A stretch of 64,000 nucleotides of DNA from an uncultured Gemmatimonadales bacterium (GTDB lineage: Bacteria; Gemmatimonadota; Gemmatimonadetes; Longimicrobiales; RSA9), in assembly GCA_963798085.1 (NCBI GenBank), contig CAWCRS010000008.1, forward strand, positions 224,001 through 288,000, given 5' to 3'. Below the pieces are notes generated by a model that had not been told where the DNA came from, did no database searches, and saw only the letters and a program-made list of their open reading frames with translations. The position numbers and the translations under genes are program-made. Each line of letters opens with the position of its first letter. Position 1 is the first letter of the stretch. Shown one piece after another: positions 45,282-54,330 of this stretch.

Positions 45282-47357
45282 ATGAACCTGCAGTCGGTGG
45301 CGTTCACGGGCGCTGACGCACTGGCGATGACGCTCTTCGCGTTGCGTTCGCCCGTCACGGTCAACGGCCGTTCCGTCTTCCGCCGCGTCTTCGGCCTGCG
45401 CATCAGCTCGGGTGGGCTGGCCGACGGCATTCGCTTCGCTGCCGCGGCCTCGCATTTGGCGCTGACCTTCGGCGCCAATGACAACTTCGATGTCCGCGCG
45501 GCCGGCATCGCCAATGTGCAGGCGAAAGGCGGCAGCACACTCATCGTCGAGTTGCCCGCGCCCGTGCGCGTGCGCGGCGCGCACCTCACGGGCGGCGTCA
45601 CCTCGGACGCCTTCACAATCGACCTGTTCCGCATGGATGGCGATGAGCTGGCCGGCGATCCTACCAAGTCGTTCACCAACAACGGCAATGTCAGTGGCGA
45701 TTTCACGGACCGCCGCTTCGCGCTGCGGCTGCGCAAGCAGGACGGCAGCTTCGTGGCCATCACACCGGCCAACCTGACGCAGCTGCGCGTGCTCGGGCTG
45801 CCCACCGCCGCGCGCGCGGGCCTTGCACCCGCCGGCCAGGACCCGGCCAGCGCGCTGTTCTTCTTCAACCTGCCCGGCGTGGTGGGACAGAACACGAACA
45901 GCCCGTCCGGCAATGCCGACATCGGCGCGCCGCTGGCCGCCGCGCTGGAGCAGCAGATCGGCGCACTCGAGCCGCCGTTCCCCGATCCGCTCGACCTGCT
46001 GCTGGTCGTGGAATCGGATGCGCCCTGTCAGCTGCAGGTCAACAGCTTCGCCCTGCCGCTGACCCTGGAACGCACGCATTTCCGCGCCTTGCTGCTGCGT
46101 GCCGAGGACGTGACTGACCCGGTCGCCTTCCTCACCCGCCTGCACGATGGATCGGCGCCACTAACAGCCTATTTGCGCAGCCATCTGGCGCCGCCCACAC
46201 TGGCCGCGATCGAGCGCACCATCGGTGGCAGGGCGCCGGCGCGCGTGATCGAGGCCGTCGCGCGTGACCTGAACAGCCTGCTGCAGGCGGATGCCGTGTA
46301 TGCGGCCACGCGCTTCCAGGGGATCAGCCTCACGCCGGAGACACTGGCCGCGGCGCAGGCAGGCGCCACGGGCACCAGGCGTACGCGCCTGAATCGCACA
46401 CTGCTCGAGGAGGCGTTCCCGGGTGTGCTGGCGCCCATCCCGCCATCCGGCAGTGACGAGAAGGAAACGCTGCGCGCGCAGGGCGCGACCGCGACACTCG
46501 AGGTGCACGTCGAGCTGCCCCGCGCCGCGCTGATCAGCGCGGCCACGCTGCGCATGGAAGCCAGTCTGCGGGGTGATGCACCCGGTGGCGCCCGCGGGGA
46601 GGACGGCGCTGACGCAGGCGAGGATGGTGGCGGTGCGAACGGCGGGGAGTGGCAGGCGAGCATCCCGGACACCACAGGCGTCGCGGCCAATGCCACGCGC
46701 GCCGTCGCCCGGCGCTTCCAGCCGGAGGCCGCGCTGCACGCCAGTGGCATGGCCCTCGCCCTCGCCGGCATTGCCCCGAGCAATGAGCTGACGGCGGAAA
46801 TCCGGGCCGAGGAAGGCGGAGCGCCCACAGGCCGCACCGTCGCCTCCGGTAAGGTCGTGTTAGAAGCGCTCGACGACCCGGCCTGGGTCCATTTTCCGTT
46901 CGCCGCCGCGGCCGTGCTGCAGGCGAAGCCGTACTGGATCGTGCTGCGCGCCACGCAGGGGGCGGTATTGTGGCTGGCGGATCAGCAGCCCGCGATCACA
47001 CGCGTGGGTGACCCGGCGCCCAGAGGCTGGACCGACCGCGGCGGCTTCAGTGACATCGCGCCGCTGCACCAGATCTGGGAGCGCGGCGCAGCGCCGCGGG
47101 CAGTCGCCGGAGACGGCGGCAGCGGCAGCAGCGGCCAGGATCTGAGCGGACGACTGCGCGTGAAGATCGGCGACATGATTCTCACACCCCTTCCAGCCCA
47201 GGGCAGGGCAGTCACCGTTGACATCACCGCTGCCCTGGCCAGCTGGCTCGCGGCGCAGCCGGCGTCGCCGCCCATCGTCACTGTGCCCATCGCGATTGCC
47301 GCACTGGGAAAGGGGACCGTCACCGTGTATCCGCCGGAGATACGCTACAGCCTCTGA
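45282..47357 (+). CDS. Hypothetical multi-domain beta-rich protein, last gene of the tail locus (possible receptor-binding/fibre-tip protein)
   Basis: 691-aa ORF, 13 nt after the previous gene. Shares a ~110-aa domain with the gpI-like protein. C-terminal beta-sandwich (AVARRFQ..GAPTG..WVHFPF..YWIVL). Confidence 0.6.
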   Translation: MNLQSVAFTGADALAMTLFALRSPVTVNGRSVFRRVFGLRISSGGLADGIRFAAAASHLALTFGANDNFDVRAAGIANVQAKGGSTLIVELPAPVRVRGAHLTGGVTSDAFTIDLFRMDGDELAGDPTKSFTNNGNVSGDFTDRRFALRLRKQDGSFVAITPANLTQLRVLGLPTAARAGLAPAGQDPASALFFFNLPGVVGQNTNSPSGNADIGAPLAAALEQQIGALEPPFPDPLDLLLVVESDAPCQLQVNSFALPLTLERTHFRALLLRAEDVTDPVAFLTRLHDGSAPLTAYLRSHLAPPTLAAIERTIGGRAPARVIEAVARDLNSLLQADAVYAATRFQGISLTPETLAAAQAGATGTRRTRLNRTLLEEAFPGVLAPIPPSGSDEKETLRAQGATATLEVHVELPRAALISAATLRMEASLRGDAPGGARGEDGADAGEDGGGANGGEWQASIPDTTGVAANATRAVARRFQPEAALHASGMALALAGIAPSNELTAEIRAEEGGAPTGRTVASGKVVLEALDDPAWVHFPFAAAAVLQAKPYWIVLRATQGAVLWLADQQPAITRVGDPAPRGWTDRGGFSDIAPLHQIWERGAAPRAVAGDGGSGSSGQDLSGRLRVKIGDMILTPLPAQGRAVTVDITAALASWLAAQPASPPIVTVPIAIAALGKGTVTVYPPEIRYSL

Positions 47358-47437
47358 CACGGCGCAACGTGGCAGAGTCCGGCGCGGCTGGTTACGTTGA
47401 CAGACAACCGCTCACGCACCGGCACCGTGGAGCGTCC

Positions 47438-48514
47438 ATGCCTGTGAACCATTCCCTGCGATCCGCGATCCGCACGGCTGTCCTCGCGATTGCCGCTTTG
47501 CCCCTGGCCCTCGCCGCGCAGGGCAATAGCTCGCCCACCAACGACGCGCCCAATCCGTACCGCACGATCGAAGGCTGGGCGAAGCTGCCGGACGGCCGGA
47601 CGTGGGGCTCGACCAGTGCCGTCGACATCGATCCCGACGGCGTGAGCATCTGGGTGGCGGAGCGCTGCGGCGCCAACAGCTGCGCCGGCTCCGATCTCGA
47701 TCCCATCATGAAGTTCGATTCCACAGGCAGGCTGGTCGTGAGCTTCGGCAAAGGCCTGCTGCTCTCGCCGCACGGCATCTTCGTCGATCGCCAGGGCAAC
47801 GTGTGGGTCACGGATTGTGCGTGCACGGGCGGTGGCGGCCGCGGCCGTGGTGAGGCGGCGCCGGCGGGCCCGCCGAAGGGTCACCAGGTCTTCGAGTTCA
47901 GCCCGGACGGCAGGCTGCTCCTGACACTGGGCAAGGCGGGCGGCGCGCGCGAGCCGGATTTCTTCTGGCAGCCGAACGACGTGCTGGTCGCACCCAATGG
48001 TGAGATTTTCGTCGCGGAAGGCCATGCCTCGAGCGATGGCGCCAACGCGCGTGTGCTGCGCTTCACGAAGGACGGCAGATTCCTGAAGGCGTTCGGCGTG
48101 AAGGGCACCGGGCCCGGCCAGTTCGACCAGCCGCACGCGCTGGCCATGGATTCGAGAGGCCGGCTGTTCATCGGCGATCGCGGTAACAACCGGGTCGTCA
48201 TTACCGACGTGGACGGCAAGGTGCTGGACACGTGGTACCAGTTCAGCCGGCCCAGCGGTATCTGGATCGACCGCAGCGACAACATCTATGTCGCGGACTC
48301 CGAGTCGGGCTCTGTCGCGAAGACGCGGACGGACTGGAAGCGCGGCATCCGCATTGGCAGCGTGCGCGACGGCCGCGTCACGGCCTTCATCCCGGATCCG
48401 GCGGAGAATCCGCCCAGCACGAGCGCGGCCGAGGGCGTTGCCGTAGATTCCCGCGGCAACATCTACGGCGCCGAAGTCGGGCCGCGAGCATTGAAGAAAT
48501 ATGTCAGACGTTGA
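47438..48514 (+). CDS. Secreted NHL-repeat beta-propeller (peptidyl-alpha-hydroxyglycine alpha-amidating lyase-like)
   Basis: Signal peptide; [36 protein letters not shown] and [26 protein letters not shown]. Confidence 0.88.
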   Translation: MPVNHSLRSAIRTAVLAIAALPLALAAQGNSSPTNDAPNPYRTIEGWAKLPDGRTWGSTSAVDIDPDGVSIWVAERCGANSCAGSDLDPIMKFDSTGRLVVSFGKGLLLSPHGIFVDRQGNVWVTDCACTGGGGRGRGEAAPAGPPKGHQVFEFSPDGRLLLTLGKAGGAREPDFFWQPNDVLVAPNGEIFVAEGHASSDGANARVLRFTKDGRFLKAFGVKGTGPGQFDQPHALAMDSRGRLFIGDRGNNRVVITDVDGKVLDTWYQFSRPSGIWIDRSDNIYVADSESGSVAKTRTDWKRGIRIGSVRDGRVTAFIPDPAENPPSTSAAEGVAVDSRGNIYGAEVGPRALKKYVRR

Positions 48515-48557
48515 AGATTCGGCGTATCCACTGACCACGCCACGGAGCGGTATCGCC

Positions 48558-49058
48558 ATGACGGTCTCCTTCAAGGTCAACGGGAAAGCCACCACGGTGG
48601 ACGTCCCCGCCGACATGCCCCTGCTCTGGATCCTGCGCGATGTGCTGGATCTCAAGGGCACCAAATACGGCTGCGGCATCAATCAGTGCGGTGCGTGTTC
48701 GGTCCATCGCGATGGGCAGCTGGTGCGCTCCTGTCGGGTCGCGGCCTCGACGCTGCAGGGCGCCGAGATCACCACGATCGAGGGCCTCTCGCCCGGTGGC
48801 ACGCACCCGGTGCAGCGCGCCTGGGAAGCGCTCGATGTGCCGCAGTGCGGCTACTGCCAGGCCGGTCAGGTCATGGCCGCCGCCGCATTGCTCGCGACGA
48901 CGCCCAACCCCACGGACGAGCAGATCGACACGGCCATGAACCGCAACATCTGCCGTTGCGCCACCTACATGCGCATCCGTGAGGCGATTCATCGGGCGGC
49001 GACAATGCCCGCCACGGAAACCGGCGGCAGCGGACGCGACGGCAAGTCCGGCGACTGA
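48558..49058 (+). CDS. [2Fe-2S] small subunit of a xanthine-oxidase-family molybdoenzyme (IorA/CoxS-like)
   Basis: [22 protein letters not shown] and NICRCATY. Confidence 0.95.
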   Translation: MTVSFKVNGKATTVDVPADMPLLWILRDVLDLKGTKYGCGINQCGACSVHRDGQLVRSCRVAASTLQGAEITTIEGLSPGGTHPVQRAWEALDVPQCGYCQAGQVMAAAALLATTPNPTDEQIDTAMNRNICRCATYMRIREAIHRAATMPATETGGSGRDGKSGD

Positions 49059-49132
49059 AGCGCTGAGCAGAGCGCGACGCCCGGAGCGGCGCGCGTCAGG
49101 CATTGACTACACGAGAGCGAGCGGGAGCGATC

Positions 49133-51368
49133 ATGGAAACGACATTGAGCGTCAGTCGCCGGCAGTTCGTGCGCGTCAGCGCCGTGGCCGGCGGCGGTAT
49201 GCTGATCGGCACATCGCTGCAGTGGCTGGGGCCGAAGGATGCGCTGGCCGAAGAGCTGCGCGCCGAGGGCGAGCTCAACGCCTACATCCGCATCACACCC
49301 GACAACATCGTCACGATCGTCGCCAAGAACCCGGAGATCGGGCAGGGCGTCAAGACGATGCTGCCCATGATCATCGCGGATGAGCTGGATGTCGACTGGA
49401 AGAACGTGCGCATCGAGCAGGGCGATCTGGACACCACGAAGTTCACCGGCCAGGGCGCAGGCGGCAGCACGGCAACGCCCACGAACTGGATCCCCATGCG
49501 TCGTGTGGGCGCCGCGGGCCGTGCCATGCTCGTGGCCGCGGCCGCGCAGACGTGGGGTGTGGCCGAGGCGGAATGCGAGACCGGCGCCGGCGTGGTGCAG
49601 CATCGTGCCACCAGCCGCAAGCTGACCTACGGCGAGCTGGCCACGAAGGCCGCGTCTCTGCCCGCGCCCGATCTCGAGACCGTGAAGCTGAAGGACCCGA
49701 AGGACTTCAGGATCATCGGCACGCGCGTACCCGGTGTCGACAATCACTCGATCATCACGGGCAAGCCGCTGTACGGCATCGACATGACACTGCCCGGCAT
49801 GCTCTACGCGCAGTACGTGAAGTGCCCGGTCTTCGCCGGCAAGGTGGCGAGCGCCAATGTGGACGAGCTGAAAGCCGAGCCCGGTGTGAAGAGCGCCTTC
49901 GTCATCGAGGGTGGCGACCAGCTGGCAGGTCTGTTAGGCGGCGTCGCCATTGTGGGCGAGACCTGGTGGCACGTGCGCAGTGCGCGTCAGAAGCTCAAGG
50001 TCACGTGGAACGAAGGACCCACGGCATCGCAGAGCAGTGTCGGCTTCGCGCAGCAGGCGGCCGCAATCTCGAAGCAGCCGCCGCAGCGCTCGCTGCGCAA
50101 GGATGGCGATCCCGATGGCGCGCTCAAGAGCGCCGCGAAGGTGGTCGAGGCCGCGTACTTCTATCCCTTCATCTCCCACTCGCCGCTCGAGCCGCAGAAC
50201 TGCACGGCGCAGTTCCAGAATGGCAAGCTGGAGATGTGGGCGCCCACGCAGCAGCCGCAGGGCGGCCGCGGCCTGGTGGCTCGCACCCTCGGCATCGACG
50301 AGAACGACATCACGATTCACATGACGCGCAGCGGCGGCGGCTTCGGCCGGCGCCTCAACAACGACTACATGGTCGAAGCCGCGGCCATCGCGAAACAGCT
50401 GAACGGTCCGCCCGTGAAGCTGCTCTGGATGCGCGAAGACGACATGGCGCACGACTTCTATCGCCCGGCCGGCTTCCATTATCTCAAGGCCGGCGTCGAT
50501 GCGAGCGGCAAGGTGACCGCGTGGAAGAACCACTTCGTCACGTTCGGTGAAGGCGATCGCTTCGCGTCCAGTGCCTCATTGGGGGCGACCGAGTTCCCGC
50601 AGCCCTTCATTCGATAATTATGCGCTCGATGCTTCCCTGATTCCTCTGGGGGTGCCCACCGGTGCACTGCGCGCGCCCACCAGCAACGGTGTGGCCTTCG
50701 TGATGCAGTCGTTCATTGACGAACTGGCGCACGCCGCCGGCAAGGACCCGGTGCAGTTCCGCCTGGACCTGCTGGCTAACACGAAGCCAGCCGATCCGGC
50801 CCCCGCCGGCCGCGGCGGCCGCGGCGGCGCCGGCTTCGGCTTCGACGCCTCGCGCATGAGCGGCGTGCTCAAACTGGTGGCGGACAAGAGCGGCTGGGGC
50901 AAACAGACCCTGCCCCGCGGTACCGGCATGGGCGTTGCCTTCCACTTCAGCCATCGCGGCTATTTCGCGGAAGTCGTGCGCGCCTCGGTCAGCCAGGCTG
51001 GCCTGGTGAAAGTCGAGAAGGTCTGGGTCGCCGGCGACGTCGGCAGCCAGATCATCAATCCCAGCAACGCCGAGAGCCAGGTGCAGGGCGCCATCCTCGA
51101 CGGCATCGCCGAAGCCCTCGACCAGGAGATCACCATCGATCGCGGCCGCACCGTGCAGAGCAACTTCAACAACTTCCACCTGCTGCGCCTGGCCCAGGCG
51201 CCCGCCGCCATCGAAGTGCACTTCAACATCACCGATTTCCCCGTGACCGGCATGGGCGAACCCGCCCTGCCCCCCGTGATCCCCGCCCTCTGCAACGCCA
51301 TCTTCCAGGCGACGGGCAAGCGCGTGCGCTCACTGCCCCTGTCCAGGCAGGATCTCAAGTGGGCGTGA
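49133..51368 (+). CDS. Molybdopterin-binding large subunit (isoquinoline 1-oxidoreductase beta-like) with Tat signal; apparent +1 frameshift at ~50610
   Basis: SRRQFV Tat motif, EIGQG, GGSTAT, GGGFGRR, GALRAP, SQVQG and [13 protein letters not shown]. The two ORFs join if one T at 50610-50611 is removed. Confidence 0.9.
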
Positions 51369-51515
51369 TAGTCATGGGTTAGTTGTTCCCAGAGCGTTGC
51401 CGGGGCTGGGGCTGGGGAACGGAATCTGGCGGGCCGGTTTGCGCGGTGGGATGCGCGACCGGCCCGTCTCGCGTCACCTCAATTCCGCAGAAAAGAAAAC
51501 AGCAGCCCCGACCCG

Positions 51516-52445
51516 TCAGCACGCCACGCTGAGTTTCAATGACGAGGCGGTGCCTCCGCGTCCTCCGCGCTCTTCGCCGTGAAAAGAGGAGGCCGACGGG
51601 AAGGAGGTGTTAGCATTGTGCGCAGCCTGCTGCAGCAGCCGTATGGTGGCCGCAGGGAGGGACAGGGGATGGCCGTTCGCGAAGGCCTGCGCGGGCAGGG
51701 TGCGTACGTCGCGGCCGGATAGTCGCTCGTAGATCTCGAGCGCGGCCAGGAACGTGCCCATCGCGGTGGGGTGCAGGCCGTCCGGACTGTAGAGCGGCAG
51801 TGTCGGATCCATCTCCAGCGCGGAATGCCATGCTTCGCCTGCCGGCAGGAAGATGCCGTTCACGGACGCTGCCGCCTGCTGGAACGAGATGCGGATCTCA
51901 TCGAACCACTCGAGCGGACCCTGGTAGGGCCAGGCCATGAAGACCGCCGGCTGCGCGCCCGCGGCACGGATGTATGGATCGAACAGCTGCGTCCACAGCA
52001 CCAGCGAATCGCGACAGATGCCGGCCGGCGTCGGGCCCTGCTGCAGCACCACGTAGTTCCAGCCACCCTGGCGCATCGCGGCCACCGCGTCGGTCGCGCC
52101 GTTCAGGTGATCGATCAGCGCCAGGTTGGGACCCGCCGCGGTCGCAACATGGAAGGTGTCGCCCGCCAATGCGGCAATCGCGGCCACCGTGGCCGGCAGG
52201 TCATTCACGTACGTCAGGCTGTTGCCCACGAACAGCACGTGAACGCCACCCGGCGGCAGCGGCTCCAGCGGCCCATGCCCCGAGTGACAGCCGCCCAGCA
52301 GTCCGCCCGCCAGCAGCACCAGCCCGGCAACGTGGCGGCACGCAGGCGAACGCCATGTCCGGCGCCGCGATAATGTGGAGTTAGCTACGCGGGGCGGAAG
52401 CGAGGCCGCCCTGCGTGCGGCGAAGAGCAGGTCGTCTCCGGTCAT
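51516..52445 (-). CDS. SGNH/GDSL-family hydrolase, probable lipoprotein (start uncertain)
   Basis: VLFVGNSLT (block I), VVLQQG, DGLHPT (block V) and lipobox-like LLGGC. Confidence 0.8.
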   Translation of the reverse strand: MTGDDLLFAARRAASLPPRVANSTLSRRRTWRSPACRHVAGLVLLAGGLLGGCHSGHGPLEPLPPGGVHVLFVGNSLTYVNDLPATVAAIAALAGDTFHVATAAGPNLALIDHLNGATDAVAAMRQGGWNYVVLQQGPTPAGICRDSLVLWTQLFDPYIRAAGAQPAVFMAWPYQGPLEWFDEIRISFQQAAASVNGIFLPAGEAWHSALEMDPTLPLYSPDGLHPTAMGTFLAALEIYERLSGRDVRTLPAQAFANGHPLSLPAATIRLLQQAAHNANTSFPSASSFHGEERGGRGGTASSLKLSVAC

Positions 52446-52676
52446 GCCGCAGGATTCCACCCCCGCCTGCCCCGAACAACCACCGCGTGGCCGCCGCGCC
52501 GCCCGCCGTGACGAACGCCCTGCATTCCGCGTCCGCAACCGGAGCGCAATGCAGCCGTCGCTCATATCCAACCGCGCCCGACTCCACCCCGCTGATCGCC
52601 AGCCGCGCGCCCCCCCCAGCGGCCGGGAGCCTCCCGCCACGACCGCCACACCAGCTGCACCACTCCCGAATGCCTT

Positions 52677-52750
52677 TCCCTGAACGGGTGCCCTTGCCCG
52701 CGTCCGACCCCTGAACCTGTCCCCAACCCCTGAACCTGCCCCCAACCCCT
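52677..52750. repeat. Intergenic dispersed repeat, copy 1 (with internal CCCCTGAACCTG tandem)
   Basis: 52677-52718 matches 62917-62958 at 40 of 42 nt. Confidence 0.8.
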
Positions 52751-52989
52751 CGACTGACCCCTGACCCCGCCCCTATGGCCAGGCCTTTCTGCGAACAGAG
52801 AACAGGATGCCCGCCGTCTGCCAGGACCTTCCGAGGGCATCGATTCCGACAGCGGCCGCGAGGCGGGCGGCAGCGGAACGAACCGCAACGGTCGCACCGC
52901 TGGCGCTGCCCCTCGCCAGATGCTACCTGTTAGACGCATCAGCCCACCTGTGCGCACGCATTGTCAGGCCAACAGACCTGGAGGTAGCC

Positions 52990-54177
52990 ATGCAGGTGAA
53001 GCAGGCCGTTTCCCGTCGTGGCTTCGTCGGGGGCGTCACCGCAGCCCTCGGTTACCTGGGTCTCCGGCCCGACGCGCTTCTCTGGGGTCAGGCCATCGGC
53101 GCGGCCCCGGCGCCTCGCCCGCAGCTTTCGCCCGACGACTACGACGCCATGGCGAAGCTGGCGAACAACGAAAACCCGTGGGGCCCCTCGGATGCGGTGA
53201 TGCGCGCCATGAACGGCGCGTGGAAGTACGCCAATCGCTACGGCTATCCCGATGGCGGACTCGTCGCGGCGATCGCGGATCACCACGGCGTGAAGCCCGA
53301 GAACATCATGCTGGGCGCGGGCTCAGGCGAGATCCTCGACGTGGTGGGCTCGGCCTTCCTCGATGGCGAAAAGAAGGTGGTGGGCGTCGAGCCGTCGTAC
53401 TCGCAGGTGTACCAGCACGCGACCAGCATTCGCGCGGATGTCATCAGGATCCCGCTGCTGGACGATCACCGCCAGGACATTCCCGCAATGATCCGCGCGA
53501 TTCATCTGCACTATCGCGACATCGGCTTCGTGTACCTGTGCAATCCCAACAATCCCACGGGCCGCACGGTCAGCAAACAGGAAGTCAGGCAGCTGCTGGA
53601 CGGCATTCCCGATGACATGCCCGTCCTGATCGACGAGGCGTACCACCACTATGTCGAGGATCCGGCGTACGCGACGTCGATTCCCTGGGTGCTCGAGGGT
53701 CGCCGCGTCATCATTGCGCGCACCTTCTCGAAGATCTACGGCATGGCCGGCATGCGGCTGGGCTTCGCCATCGCGCCGCCCGACATGATCCAGCAGATGA
53801 AGCCGTACAGCACGGGCACCATCAACGCGATCGTGAAATGGGGCGGCGTCGCCGCGCTGGACGACACGGAATCCGCTGCTCGCGTCAGGCGCAATACCAT
53901 CGCGCTGCGCCAGCAGGCCATGAGCGACCTCGCCGTGCTCGGCTACGAGTCGATCCCGTCCGAGACCAACTTCTTCATGGTGCACATCCGCCGGCCCGTA
54001 CAGCCCGTGATCGAAGAGTTCCGCAAGAAAGGCGTGCTCGTGGGCCGGCCCTTCCCGCCCATGACGCAGCATCTCCGCGTGTCCATTGGACTGCCCGAGG
54101 AAATGAACCGCTTCCAGGTCGCGTTCCGCCAGATCTTCACGGGCACCGCGACCAGCCCGGGCGGTTCGCACGGGTGA
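52990..54177 (+). CDS. Class I/II PLP aminotransferase (HisC-like) with twin-arginine signal
   Basis: SRRGFVGG, LANNENPWGP, YLCNPNNPTG, DEAYH and RTFSKIYGMAGMRLG. GGAGG RBS. Confidence 0.9.
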   Translation: MQVKQAVSRRGFVGGVTAALGYLGLRPDALLWGQAIGAAPAPRPQLSPDDYDAMAKLANNENPWGPSDAVMRAMNGAWKYANRYGYPDGGLVAAIADHHGVKPENIMLGAGSGEILDVVGSAFLDGEKKVVGVEPSYSQVYQHATSIRADVIRIPLLDDHRQDIPAMIRAIHLHYRDIGFVYLCNPNNPTGRTVSKQEVRQLLDGIPDDMPVLIDEAYHHYVEDPAYATSIPWVLEGRRVIIARTFSKIYGMAGMRLGFAIAPPDMIQQMKPYSTGTINAIVKWGGVAALDDTESAARVRRNTIALRQQAMSDLAVLGYESIPSETNFFMVHIRRPVQPVIEEFRKKGVLVGRPFPPMTQHLRVSIGLPEEMNRFQVAFRQIFTGTATSPGGSHG

Positions 54178-54330
54178 TGCCCTGAGCTGAACTGCGTTGC
54201 CCGGGCTGGTTGCTGGGGCTGGTTTCACGGGAACAGATTCAGAATGACCAGCCCCGGCAACGCCCATGGATCCGTCACGCCGTTCCCAGCAACCAGCGCC
54301 AGCAACCAGGCAACGCAGTCAATTCCGTAT

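Larger units (their letters stand above)
15344..47357 (+). other. Capsid-less contractile injection system / tailocin-like gene cluster
   Basis: About 20 co-oriented, often overlapping genes, including sheath, tube, chaperone, hub, spike, PAAR, gp25, baseplate J and gpI-like. No capsid, portal, terminase or integrase genes; housekeeping-type genes on both sides. Confidence 0.88.

Noticed and set aside
15344..47357. Prophage
   Set aside because: No capsid, portal, terminase, integrase, replication or repressor genes and no att-like repeats were noticed. Both flanks are ordinary host genes.
15344..47357. Canonical type VI secretion system
   Set aside because: Single-gene sheath rather than TssB/TssC. 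No recognisable TssJ/L/M, TssK, TssA or ClpV. A tail chaperone and tape-measure-like genes are present.
47438..48514. NHL-repeat protein as a tail-locus effector
   Set aside because: It has a Sec signal peptide, is separated by an intergenic gap, and appears to group with the downstream oxidoreductase genes.
49133..51368. Naturally split molybdoenzyme large subunit
   Set aside because: A single extra T (CATC to CATTC) explains the split, and the second ORF has no credible start of its own.
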